DNA from: Octopus sinensis
Taxonomy: Eukaryota
Direction: 5' to 3'
DNA: 64,000 nucleotides
NCBI RefSeq assembly: GCF_006345805.1
Contig: NC_043005.1
Coordinates: 59,272,001-59,336,000 of the forward strand
This document shows, one piece after another, positions 1 to 12,042 of the stretch. Position 1 is the first letter of the stretch. Each line of letters begins with the position of its first letter. The notes beneath the pieces were generated by a model. That model did not search any database. It saw only the letters and a list, made by a program, of their open reading frames with translations, and was not told the origin of the DNA. Both the position numbers and the translations under genes were made by a program.

Positions 1-99
1 TACTCCATTAATGAAAATGCATCATTACTTCAAGTGTCATGATTAAATAATTCTAAGCAATCATTATAAAACAAGCATCAATCTGTTATTGACCTATTT

Positions 100-1000
100 G
101 CAAAATACATGTTAATAACATATCAAGCTACCAGTAATGCCTTTTTGGTTAAAATTTATAGGGGGCGTAACTCACTGTAACTTAATATATTCGTATACAA
201 CTGATTTCTTGATCAAGTAGAAGAACCTTGATTGACAGAGATCATAAAAAACGGGTACATATAGGAGCAAGAGCTTATCGGCAGTAAGAACTTCATACTC
301 AAAAGTTTAATAAGTTCGCAAATTATCTAAATCTCTATATATAAAGCTGAAGTTGTCTGTGTATGGCAGGTTTGGTAGCCTTCAACTAACACTATCTCCT
401 CCGAGACCCTGCGGCGCAAGTTGACCAAAATTGAGAGTATGATAGAAGGCTTGCTCTTCATTCTGTGGAAGAAAAATTCAAATCGGACCATTTTAAGACC
501 AAAAAGTATTAACATTAAAAAGGTGCTTTTTTTTTCTATGAAAATCCCTATTTTTTTACGATTTTTTGACTGTTGTGTCGCCATTTTTCGGTGTATTTCA
601 ACCAGAAAAATGTTCACTTAAAGAGAATAACAGGCTACATAATGCAAAAGTTTTACTTTTCAAAAATTCTAATTCTAAAGGGTCGAAACAAACCCGAGCA
701 ACGCCGGGCGATACTGCTAGTGTTACAGTAAAATTATTTACTAAACGCCGCCACTTCGACAGCTACCTACTAAAGCAGTGGATCAGCAGATACCTTCTGA
801 TATAATGGAACTATCTTTACCTTTTTGCCAGCAACAGTCGAACATTCCTTTTGACAGATATGCCTTATCTCATTACATCTTTGATATTTCTGGCTCTATT
901 TTTCTACGCTCATTTCAATATATCGGAGTGGTTCTATACATAACTATTCGCCAAAAACATTCTCTCTGATTTCCCTTTCAAATTTAACCCTTTATAGCTA
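100..1000 (+). mobile_element. Possible highly decayed Penelope-like RT fragment interrupted by the Helitron
   Basis: Weak motif resemblance only (QWISRYLLI*W to WxRYIDDIFxIW; FL...LYITIRQKH..FPF to the FLD...TTIYxKP thumb). Many stops. Confidence 0.25.
332..720 (+). mobile_element. Non-autonomous Helitron (389 bp)
   Basis: Starts TC(TCTATATATAAAG) after A331. Ends with GC-rich hairpin CCCGAGCAACGCCGGG then CTAG (717-720) before T721. A|T insertion, no TSD. Confidence 0.85.
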
Positions 1001-1537
1001 CTTCTGACCTTAGACACTCAATAGTTATTTCCGTATGGCTTTTCTTTTTTTGTTTCTTTTCACTCTCCCAGATAAGTTTTAGATATTTCTATGTTCTTTT
1101 GCATTTTGTAAACATTTCGTTTGTTTCAACGTCTTTCTAGTGAACGAAAAGAAGCACAAAAAAAGATAATGCAAAAACTATTATGTAATGATTTATGCGT
1201 CATACAACTTTTAGCCCGGAACACATTACTGAAAACTCCATGTAAAAGCAAAATGTATCTCGCAGATATGCTGCTGAAGATAATGCTGATGGTAAAGGTT
1301 AATGCGATAGACTTGCGCATGATGATAACGATGATGGTCACGATGCGGATGGTGATAAAGATATCCATAGCAATGATCATGATCATGTTCATGATAAATT
1401 GAACGATGACTGGAAGGATGTGAAAAAATAAAAAAAAAACAAAAAAACATCGTGGATGTATTGATTATAATCCAATTCTCTTTCAGTTTGTTTGCCATAA
1501 TAATGAATCATATTTTCATTGGCATTTAAGAAGAATT

Positions 1538-1617
<80 letters not shown>

Positions 1618-2977
1618 TGTGTGTGTCTGTCTGTCTGTCTGTCTGTGTGTGTCGGTTATATGTGTAGACTAAAAGATGAATCGAATTCAGTAGAAAAAGA
1701 AATTAAATGTTCGTGGTTTTATGAAATGACAATATCACCGCAAGCTAAGGGTAATGATTTTAACAGCGAATTGTAACGTCATTTTCAGCCTTGGCTAGTT
1801 CTTTCTCTACACTATATAACGGGAATAAAAGTAGGCGCCATTACGTGAGCATCCAAACTGTCAAAAATAACAGCCAAAGTTCCCTCAATTCATATTGTAT
1901 CAATTTTATACAAAAGGAAAGAAATATTTGATAATGTGTTATTGAGTACGGTTTATGAAAATACTCGAGAATGGTCGAGACTGTATCGCTTTTGTTCATA
2001 AATGGATTTCACTGGTCTAAATTGGTCAGTTGGAAACTGCACGACAGAAGTACCATATATGGTCTCAAATTCTTTGAGAAACAAGACTAGACATTTTTGG
2101 AATAGAGCAAACATCAATTAAATAGACTCACTATTATTTTCTAATTAATTTAATGATTGTCACTGGACACGTGGAAAAGGAAAAACTATAAGGCATCACT
2201 AAACTCTACTAGACATATATTCTAGCATTGTGCATTCTCGACTAGTCCTCCATCGCACCACTCTTAATGATTTTTAAATATTGGGTTTGTATTCATGATT
2301 TTACTTTCACAGTATGTATACTACTGATTTAAGGATAGCAAACGTAATTACTCTCTCTCTCACACACACAAAACAACACACACACTCTGTATACGTACAT
2401 ACACCTACACATATATATGCATCTGTGTGTGTGTATATATATATATATTATAATATTTGATTGGACGCCACGCATCCATTTCCAAGTTGTAATATATATA
2501 AGAAATTATATATATAGTTTTAATATAATTTTTAATATATCGTCCGGTTTCGCTTTAGCTATTCATGATATTATGGTTTACTTATTTGAATATGTATTTT
2601 CTTAAGAAGAAATTTTGCCCATGTTGTATGTGATGATATTTACGAGTGTATGACTGCGCAAGTAGAAAAATAAGGGGAAGTAATTGGTTATTATTATTAT
2701 TGTTATTGTTGTGGGCAAGGGAGATAGCTGTTCAGCTTTCGGTTAGAGGAGGGGGATATATCGATGTACAGACAAAAAAGGTTTCGAAAAACTTGTTTAG
2801 TGAGGGGATTTATGTACAGTGATGTAATCGTGAATTGAAATATGTAAAAATATAAAAGTTGGTTATAAAAGTTGGATGAGCTACGGATAATTAATTATTA
2901 ATTAATTATCTTATTAGTTGATTTATTTGGTCAGTAACAGCGAAACTTATATATATATATATATGCATATATCTACG

Positions 2978-3010
<33 letters not shown>

Positions 3011-3013
3011 ATA

Positions 3014-3098
<85 letters not shown>

Positions 3099-3592
3099 AT
3101 ATGTATATATGTGTATATATATCAATATTATATCCAAAATACACTTCGAATGATTTTTTCATAATGTCATGCCACACTTTCATTATTCAGTTTTCGATGT
3201 CACCTCAAAGATGCCATCGTTTTGAACCAAGAAAGTTGTTGGTTGATTTCCTGTTTGAAGACGGAATTACGTGATATGCTGTGGCATCACGAAACGATTC
3301 ATAGCATATCCTGGTGATTGTGTTATATTAAACTACAATATATTCTGCTATACCGGCATTTTAATACTCTCATCTGATATATGGAAAGTACACATAAGCT
3401 ACAAAGATACAGTCACACACTCGTATAAATACATTACCTTTAGTTCTCGAAGACACAGCCCATGACTATGAAGAAATCATATTATTTCTACATAATAGCT
3501 TACGATTGCAAAAATGTTTTAATGCAACCATATATTTTCAAAGGTAAATAAAATTATAGATACGAAATATTTTTATAAGGATAAGGCATTGA

Positions 3593-3630
<38 letters not shown>

Positions 3631-3866
3631 TACACGCACGCACGCACGCACACACTAACGTACACAAATACACTTTTTCTTCTTTTTCTTCGTTAGAAAT
3701 ATAACAGGTACAAAATGTTGAGCTTACGGAAATTCTAAAGTATGACCACTAATTTCAAAATTCGCTCTTACATAAACCCTGATAATGTGAGCTCAATATA
3801 AACTGGGCGGGAGGCATGCTTTCGCTGAAATGATTGTATCTGGGCCAATCAAGTAAGGAGATGGGT

Positions 3867-4014
3867 GTGCTTATTTTATCGATCCCGAAAGGATGAAAGG
3901 AAAGGTCAACCTCGGCGGAGTTAGAACTCAGAACGGAGAAACGGATGGAACACCGCTAAGCATCTTGCCTGATGTGGTAACGATTCTGCCAGCGCTCCGC
4001 CCTAATAATAATAA

Positions 4015-4086
<72 letters not shown>

Positions 4087-4498
4087 TAATAATAACCCTT
4101 TCTGCTATAGGCACAAGTTCTGGAATTTTGTGGGAGGCGGATAGTCGATTTATCGACTCCTAGTGTTTCACTGGCACTTAATTTATAGTCCCCGAAAGAT
4201 TGAAAGGTAAAGTCGATCTCGGCTAAATTTAAATTTAAAACGTAAAGACAGACGAAACGCCAACTCGCCGCCTAAAGAATAATAATCTTTTCTATTATAG
4301 GCACAAGGCCTGAAATTTGGAGGAGATTTTTAAGTCGATTACATCGACGTCAGTACTAAACTGGTAGTTATTTGATCGACCGCGAAATGATGACAGATAA
4401 AGTTGACCTCCGTGGAATTTGAACCCAGAACGTAAAGACGGACGAAATGCCACTAAGTATTTTGTCCGGCGTGCTAAGGATTCTGCCAGCTCGCCTCC
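3867..4498 (-). mobile_element. Cluster of three tandem SINE family-A copies separated by (AAT)n
   Basis: Three reverse copies of GGCGGCGAGCTGGCAGAATCGTTAGC...GGTCGACTTTGCCTTTCATCCTTTCGGGGTCGATAAA... at 3867-4002, 4095-4272 and 4285-4498. Confidence 0.85.
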
Positions 4499-4522
4499 TA
4501 GATAATAATAATAATAATAATA

Positions 4523-4560
<38 letters not shown>

Positions 4561-4585
4561 AATAATAATAATGATAAAAACTGAC

Positions 4586-4960
4586 GATAAATGGTATAAA
4601 CGTGCCAAACAATGTTCAAGATAACGACTAGGCCACAATCATCTGAGGCATACCTGTTCAAACCGACAAAGAAATAAAAGCTAATCTTCCAAACACAATA
4701 CTTAAGGATTGGAAAAAAAACCCTGCTTACTGTTAGACATTGCAGGGCCTTCTGACCAAAATGTTGCCCAAAAGGAAGTGGAGAAAATGTAAATGTTATA
4801 AAGACCTCGGAATTGAAGTATTCAAGATATGTATCATGAAGGTGAAAACAATACCAATAATAATTAGAGTACTGGGAATGATAAAAAAAAAACATATGAA
4901 CAAAAACGTAGAAGCTATACCTGGATCCTCAACAAACACTACACACTATCCAAAAACAAA
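4586..4960 (+). mobile_element. R4/Dong-like non-LTR retrotransposon 3' fragment (restriction-like endonuclease domain), decayed
   Basis: Pieces translate as KWYK..VPNNVQDND*ATII*GIPVQTDKEIKANLPNTILKD..TCLLLDIAGPSDQNVAQKEVEK..YKDLGIEV...IPIIIRVLG, matching the RLE pattern WD.PIQTD...NRPD..D...E.K..KY.DL. Lies between TAA/TGA repeats. Confidence 0.75.
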
Positions 4961-5340
4961 GATCTGTAAGGAACAGCCCACAACCTATGCGAGACACTAT
5001 CAGTTCAATAATGCACCGTAAACAAATCAATCCACAAAACAAGATTCTCTATACAGCAAATATCCAATGAAATAAACTACCACCAGCAAGCTAGATACCC
5101 AATACATTACACGCATAACTCACAATACAAACAGTAATACAACAAAAGACTGCACCACACCCCAAAAAACAAAAAACAAAAAAATCAAAAAGAAAAAAAA
5201 GAAACTGATCAATATAATACCAGGAAGAGTTTGCACACTTCCAACAACAAAAATGAACACACAATGCTGCACATAGTAGAAATTTGCCCGAAACTATCAA
5301 AGGTAGAACAATGATAATGATCATAATGCTAATAATAATA

Positions 5341-5373
<33 letters not shown>

Positions 5374-5799
5374 TATGCAAATTACAATATATGAATGTTT
5401 TGGTTCAGGAACTGATGTTATTTCGATATCATTAATGTAATTTTATCTGTATTTCTAAAATGCCACGCTCTTCCGGAGATGTAAATAGAATTGTTTCCCT
5501 CAGTTGGAAGTCTTAAACGTAAACAGCCTCTTTTGTATCCAGCGTTGTTGCTTCCTATTCGTTGTTATTGTTATTGTTAATAGTTGTTGATTGGTTGTCG
5601 TTACGAATGCCGAGTTTATTTTCAAATTTTCTGACGAAATATATATATTTTACACAACCATTTGTATTGAGGTCTTTGCTATAACAGTTTGTTAAAAAAA
5701 GGATAACAAAACAATAATTACATTTATATACAAGTTATGTAAAAAAAAAAAAAAGATTTAAAACAGTGCACCAACTATCTGAAGTTATGTGCTGGCAAA

Positions 5800-6340
5800 T
5801 ATTGGGTTGTCCGGAAAGTTCGTGCCGATTTATAGTAGCTTACCTTTCGACTTATTTTAGATCATGGTTGAGTCTATTAAAATAGGATTTGACTGCACCT
5901 CCATTAAGAGCACAGTTTAAGCTATCTTTTCGTGGAAGAAGGTTTATGTTCCTATAACCTGTGTTAATTCTGTAACCCTTTAAAATGGAAGATAAAGTTC
6001 ATTTTCGGCACTTGATACTTTGGGAACCAGACAAAATTTGATGCAGCTCGGCTGGGATGTGTTACCCCACCCTCCATATTCACCAGATATTGCTCCTTCG
6101 GATTTCCACTTATTCAGGTCTCTGCAGAATAGTCTTAATGGTAAAAATTTCAATTCCTTGGATGACGTAAAAAGATACCTTGATGAATTCTTTGCCATGA
6201 AACCACCTTAATTCTGGAAAGAGGGTATTTTCAAGTTAAAGGAAAGATGGAGACGCATTGTGCAACAAAATAGTTCATATTTGGTTGATTAAAAATGTAA
6301 TGGCAAGTATTTATTGACATTTTTCTTTTGTCTTTAAATG
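5800..6340 (+). mobile_element. Internally deleted mariner element
   Basis: 5' TIR TA-TTGGGTTGTCCGGAAAGTTCG. ATG 5985 MEDKVHFRHLILW fused directly to LGWDVLPHPPYSPDIAPSDFHLFRSLQNSLNGK...KLKERWRRIVQQNSSYLVD*. No 3' TIR seen. Confidence 0.9.
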
Positions 6341-6447
6341 ATTGGTTTAGTTAGGAACAATACGTCATGAATGTGTGAGTTTACGCGTACAGAGGGAGAG
6401 AGAGAGAGAGAGGGGGGAGAGAGAGACACAAGGTATAGTGTTCATAT

Positions 6448-6496
<49 letters not shown>

Positions 6497-6784
6497 GCGT
6501 GTGTTTGTGTGTGTGTGCCTGTAAATATAACTCAATACGTATAAATGTATGTATGCGTGTATGTTCGATTGCGCACGCGCCTGTTATACAACGGACGAAA
6601 GAAAAAGTGTACAACAGAGTGGGCCAAAAGAACTCGGACATTCTCTGGTAAAATCAATAATACTTGCTGGAAGGCGCGATAGTTTTGAAAGTTTTCGAAA
6701 TCATTATCATCTACATTGAACGGCTGATAAATAGTGTCCAGCAATGCAAACACTAAGAAATCGTGATATATGCTTGTTGTGTAC

Positions 6785-6836
<52 letters not shown>

Positions 6837-7410
6837 ATTTATGTATGCATGCATCTGTATATACATTTAGCCATTTGTGTATCATTCTTAATGTTAATAT
6901 AATCGGAATAGGTAAGTTTATTGCAATATTAGTTCTGAGACAATGTCACATATGGATATGCTGTGGTTAAAAACATAAAATATATTAGTAGCAGTTGAAA
7001 ATCATTTTAGCGCCGGCCGGTAAGTATGCGACGGACATTTCAAACGCCTTAAGCTTTGTCTCATGTACTCAAAGCTAAACTCATGAGAAGAAAGAATCTG
7101 TCTCCAACGATATAAGGAAACAGTGAGTAAACATTCACTGATGTTCCAAAAAGCCTCCTGGCTGAATAAAAATCCGTTATATGCAACAGAAACAATATTA
7201 GATTAAGATAACCGTTTGTGTATCGTTTTTAACTTTAATACATCGTGATAGTCAAATTTATTTGTCCTGAGATAAAATGACATAGGGATATTCTGTGCTT
7301 TGAAGCAAAGAAAAAAATATCAGTTGGTTCTTAGTATATGCTATTAACAAAAGCCCAATGTGACAAAAATACATTCTCACTGGCTGCCTCTAATATGGTT
7401 TGTGTTTCTA

Positions 7411-7830
7411 GGGCGGCGGGCTGGCAGAATCGTTAGCACATCGGGCGAAATGCTTAGCGGTACTTCGTCTGCCGTTACATTCTCAGTTCAAATTTCGCCG
7501 AGGCCGACTTTGACTTTAATCCTTTCGGGGTCGATTAAATAAATACCCGTTACGCACTGGGGTCGATGTAATCGACTTAATTCGTATGTCTGTTATTGTT
7601 TGTCCCCTCTGTGTTTAGCCCCTTGTGGGTGGTAAAAACATAGGTATTTCGTCTGCCGTTACATTCTGAGTTCAAATTTCGCCGAAGTCGACTTTGCCTT
7701 TAATCCTTTCGGGGTCGATTAAATAAGTACCCGTTACGCACTGGGGTCGATGTAATCGAATTAATCCCTTTGTCTGTCCTTGTTTGTTCCCTCTATGTTC
7801 ACTCCCTTCCCCTATTGGCAATAAAGAAAT
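7411..7830 (+). mobile_element. SINE family-A head-to-tail dimer
   Basis: Full copy 7411-~7645, then a second body restarting at GGTATTTCGTCTGCCGTTAC. Confidence 0.85.
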
Positions 7831-7981
7831 TAATATATTTTGTGTTTCTAACCTTTGTATGCCTATGTGAGATTTCATATTTCTCGACGAAAACCCCAGG
7901 AAAATTTGCCTATCATGATGTATTAACCTTTAGTATGACTCACAAACAGCTATTTTATACTGTTTCTGTTGCATGTAACGG

Positions 7982-8012
<31 letters not shown>

Positions 8013-8018
8013 CATACA

Positions 8019-8052
<34 letters not shown>

Positions 8053-8165
8053 CATCACACTTTGAAGACTACATCACATCACACTTTGAAGGCTATGCGT
8101 TTGCAATCCAGAAACGAAGAGCCTGGTAAACTGACGCTCTTGTAATCCCTATTTGCAACCGCGTG

Positions 8166-8671
8166 TGTAGGCTATGTCATGTTTCTGAGGAAGACATCAC
8201 GAGGGTGAATAACAGTTGTTCTGAAATGTCACGGTACTACTTCCCTATGCGCACGATGTTGTTGCTATAACAATTTACCATCCCAAGGAATACTGGTGGA
8301 ATATTCCCATCAAAACATCTGTCAAATGTAAACATAACAGGCCGGATATTGTTGTTAGGGACAGAGGGGCAAAGCTATGTACCATCATAGAGGTAAGCTG
8401 CCTTGCAGGTATAAATATCTCTTTGAAAATAAAAGAAAAAGAGGATATCTATGGACAACTGCTTCAAAACCTCCAGCTTCTACATCCAGACTATGAATGC
8501 ATATTCATATCAATAATAATTGGAGCACTAGGTTTTGTTAATAAATGCTTAAAGGAGAATCTAGATAAAATGGGTTTTTCAGAAAGAGAGATCGACCGGC
8601 TAATTCGTACAATGCAAGTGCAATCTGTGAGTGGAAAAATAAAAATATGCAAAACTTTTCTCAAGTTCTAA
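8166..8671 (+). mobile_element. RLE-type non-LTR retrotransposon 3' end (CCHC knuckle plus PD-(D/E)xK endonuclease), decayed
   Basis: CRLCHVSEEDITRVNNSC...WWNIPIKTSVKCKHNRPDIVVRD...IIEVSC...KEKEDIYGQLLQNLQLLHPDY...IIIGALG...CKTFLKF*. Confidence 0.85.
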
Positions 8672-8789
8672 ATGTGAATTTATCTGTGTTAACTTCATAT
8701 AAATCATGGAACCTTGTATCTTTGCTGGAAATTGGCTTTCTCGTCAGTGGAAACTTTGAAAAAATTAAAAACTAGAAGAGACATCCATG

Positions 8790-9240
8790 CATACCTGAAG
8801 ATCTCTAAAAGAGAGAATACCTACGCTGAACTGTTGAGAAATCTGCTGTTACTCTAACCCTATAACAAGTTCAGGTTTATACCTGTAATTATTGGGGCCC
8901 TGGGAAATGGTACACACTGCCTAAATACCAATCTTGAGAAATTAGGGTTCTCAAAATCATTAAGGTGAAAGCTAATTTGAAGACTACAGATCCAATCCAT
9001 CACTGGAACTGTAAAGCTCTGTAAAACTTTCCTGAAGTTTATCATTTAAATATATATGAGGAGCATGTTTAGATATGCAACTAAATGGGTGCTACATTCA
9101 TAAAACAAAGCATACGAATCTGCATGCATGCATGAATACATACATACATACATACATAGAAAAAATACCCTGTTGTTGATGCTGAAATTCCAATGAAGGA
9201 GGCTTGGACCTAGGTTTGAAAGCAGCTCTTTCTCTATTGG
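8790..9240 (+). mobile_element. Second, diverged 3' tail of the same RLE LINE family with 3' UTR
   Basis: KRENTYAELLRNLLLL*PYNKFRFIPVIIGALG..CLNTNLEKLGFS...LQIQSITGTVKLCKTFLKFII*, paralleling 8423-8671. Confidence 0.75.
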
Positions 9241-10057
9241 CAAGAAATCTCGAAATAAAACTGAATAATTGCATACACACACAAATACACACACATACAC
9301 ACAATGCATCATATCCTTGTACTTAACTATCTGATTGGTTCTGTCAGCTGAAATGTGCGGTGCCTCTAGTCATTATGATCCTTCATTTTATTACTAACTT
9401 TTAGTTCGGTTACTAATTCTCCCAACTACTTACTGGAAGTTTACTTGTGCAAGAAGAAATCCTTGCTGCAAGCTAGAAGTCATATAAATCTTAAATGGCT
9501 TTTCGTAGCAATACATTCATTTTAATGCTTTATTTTCTGGACCAGGTAAGATTACTCTTCCATTGTAATTCTATACTCTGCGGTCATTCAAATGCTACAC
9601 ACCTTTAAAAGTACATTATTTCTATCTAAGCTTATATGATCAGACATTTTTGACTTACCGACATAATATCGTTTCCCACCCCACATTCGCCATTCATATT
9701 CATGTGGGTTTGAATGACAACCGAGTGTATGATACAAAAGTAAATTTACTACAGAATTTTAGAATAGTGCTACATTCCATTATCGGATGAATTGCATTGA
9801 TTTTTATCTTATCCATTATGTTTATAACATGAGAACAAAGATCATACTTTATACAATTCGAATGTTTTCTTTTTTTAACTCAAGAACTAAAAGACTAAAC
9901 CAATCTAGAGAGATAATATTCCAACCTCGAATTATGAGGTCGACAATTGTATCTTATTTAAATATCTCATCCCAAAACGTGGTTTTGTATGTGCAATCTG
10001 TTGCAGAATATTTCATATTTTAATACGACATTGTAAGGACGGTTTTTTCTGTCGTGT

Positions 10058-10088
<31 letters not shown>

Positions 10089-10114
10089 CACACACACACA
10101 CACAAACACACACA

Positions 10115-10146
<32 letters not shown>

Positions 10147-10457
10147 GCATGTCTGTATGTACAATACTGTGTGGGTATATCTCTCGTTCACTTTTTCATA
10201 TACACACTGAAACACACAAATGCACACATGCCTACCCATATTGGCCTGAGTTGCCAATCGGAAGTGTATATGTGTTAGTAGTGTATATTGTGCTTTCCTT
10301 AATAGTATTTATTTAGCCGTGCTACTCAGCAAATAAAAATAATATGCGAGATGATTTTTGCGTCTACTTTTTTATACTTGTTTTGACTGGAGAGAAGAGT
10401 AGTGTTTATGGACTGTGCAGGCTCTTTTGGAAAGACAGAATTATCTTCATTATTGTT

Positions 10458-10690
10458 CCAATGGCTCAGTGGTTAAGGCGTCGGGCTCACAAACATGAGA
10501 TTGTGAGCTCGATTCCTGGACCGGGCTGTGTGTTGTGTTCTTGACTAATTTTATTTCACGTTGCTCCAGTTCACTCAACTGTAGAGATGAGGTGCAACGT
10601 CACTGGTGTCAACCTGTATCGGCCTGTGCCTTTCCCTTGGATAGCATCGATGGCGTGGAGAGGGGAGGCTGGTATGCATGAGCGAACCAA
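10458..10690 (+). mobile_element. tRNA-derived SINE family B
   Basis: A box TGGCTCAGTGG, B box GCTCGATTCC, body TTTATTTCACGTTGCTCCAGTTCACTCA. Confidence 0.85.
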
Positions 10691-11199
10691 CGTGTGTATA
10701 TGTACATGTATGTATGTATGTATTATGTATGTATGTATTCAAAGAAAGGGAGAAGTAGAGATACGTACAACTACTTACTCCTACTTCTCCCTTTTTGATT
10801 CACCTATAATTAAATATTCTAAATGACTTGAAATGCTCGTCTTGCCTTGGTTTTTGTTTTCCTTTTCCTTGGGTATATACTGACTCGAAAGTCTACTACA
10901 GATCCCTAGCTCCAGCCTTAGCTGTGAACTTAGAACCTAATGGATGACCAATTATAGCCCTTATGCAGCCTACCTATTGGTTTAGATCATCAGTGAACTA
11001 AACCCCCTCATACTCTTTATGTATGTGTGTGCGTGTGTCTATGCGTGTGTATTGTAACGTGTATATTCGGTACGTGAAAATATTGAAACACCTAAATTCT
11101 AATGAATTCTACAACCGATTAATTATAGACACCTACAACGGTCAATCTTCTAGGGTACTCTCTAGGTACAATCCCATGGTTATTCATGACCGAAGGCGA

Positions 11200-11650
11200 T
11201 TTTTAATCTTTACCCTGAACAATTTTTTAAGTCAGCAATTGCAAGAAAGATATTTACAAGGAGAGCATTCTAGAGTGTCGACGTTTTGATAAGAAAAGAT
11301 TGAGCATAGCAGTTAGTGTGTGTGTGTGTCGGGGTTGGTGATGGTTAAATAGGTAGACACGAGTGATGGGAGTTAGAGAGACGAGCAGGAGTTACTAGAT
11401 GGAGGCGGGATGCACCCAACCATTTCCAAGCATCAGATGGAATTATAGAAGTAATGGAAAATGCAACGAGAGGAAATTGCTTGCTTATAGACAAGAAAAT
11501 AGAGCGTGTTGGTGAATGGTTTTGTAGCAATCAGTCAGGTGGTCTTTTTCTGGATACACCCAAGGCTGTCTGTGTGTACAGAAGCAAACCTGTCCCAGAT
11601 TTTAGAGAGATAGTATACTGTGCTTCTTATTTGAGTTTTGCAGAATATAG
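11200..11650 (-). mobile_element. CR1/L2/Jockey-like LINE ORF2 C-terminal relic
   Basis: Minus strand IFCKTQIRSTVYYLSKIWDRFASVHTDSLGCIQKK resembles LYKAQIRPxMEYCSxIW..A..H...LDRIQKK. Confidence 0.6.
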
Positions 11651-11950
11651 CATGGAATTTTGTCAGTGAACAGGTCGCGGTCTCAAAGCGACGAAAATAT
11701 TTTGACAAATTAAATTTAAATGTTGATGTGAATCTAACGGATTTTGTGTTTCTTAAATGGCTTATAAACACCTTCCACGCTGCAACTGTTTTCGTTCCTG
11801 CACACGATCTCAGATCAGGTCACTTGCTATGCAAGTACATCTCCCTAATATTCTTTTTTTCTTTTTTTGAAATTGTAAAAAATTGTAATGCGAATATGAA
11901 GAAACAAATAATTATCTGAAAGCTAAACAAGTAGCAAAATAAGGTAACTA

Positions 11951-12042
<92 letters not shown>

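Noticed and set aside
1126-1392. Hydrophobic 88-aa minus-strand ORF as a membrane protein or GPCR exon
   Set aside because: The hydrophobic part comes from decayed (GAT/CAT)n repeats. No recognisable family motif.
2918-3274. Long YI/CV/HT-rich ORFs here and at 21168-21698, 45649-46295, 57919-58263 etc.
   Set aside because: These are translations of (TA)n, (CA)n, (TTA)n and (CTT)n microsatellites.
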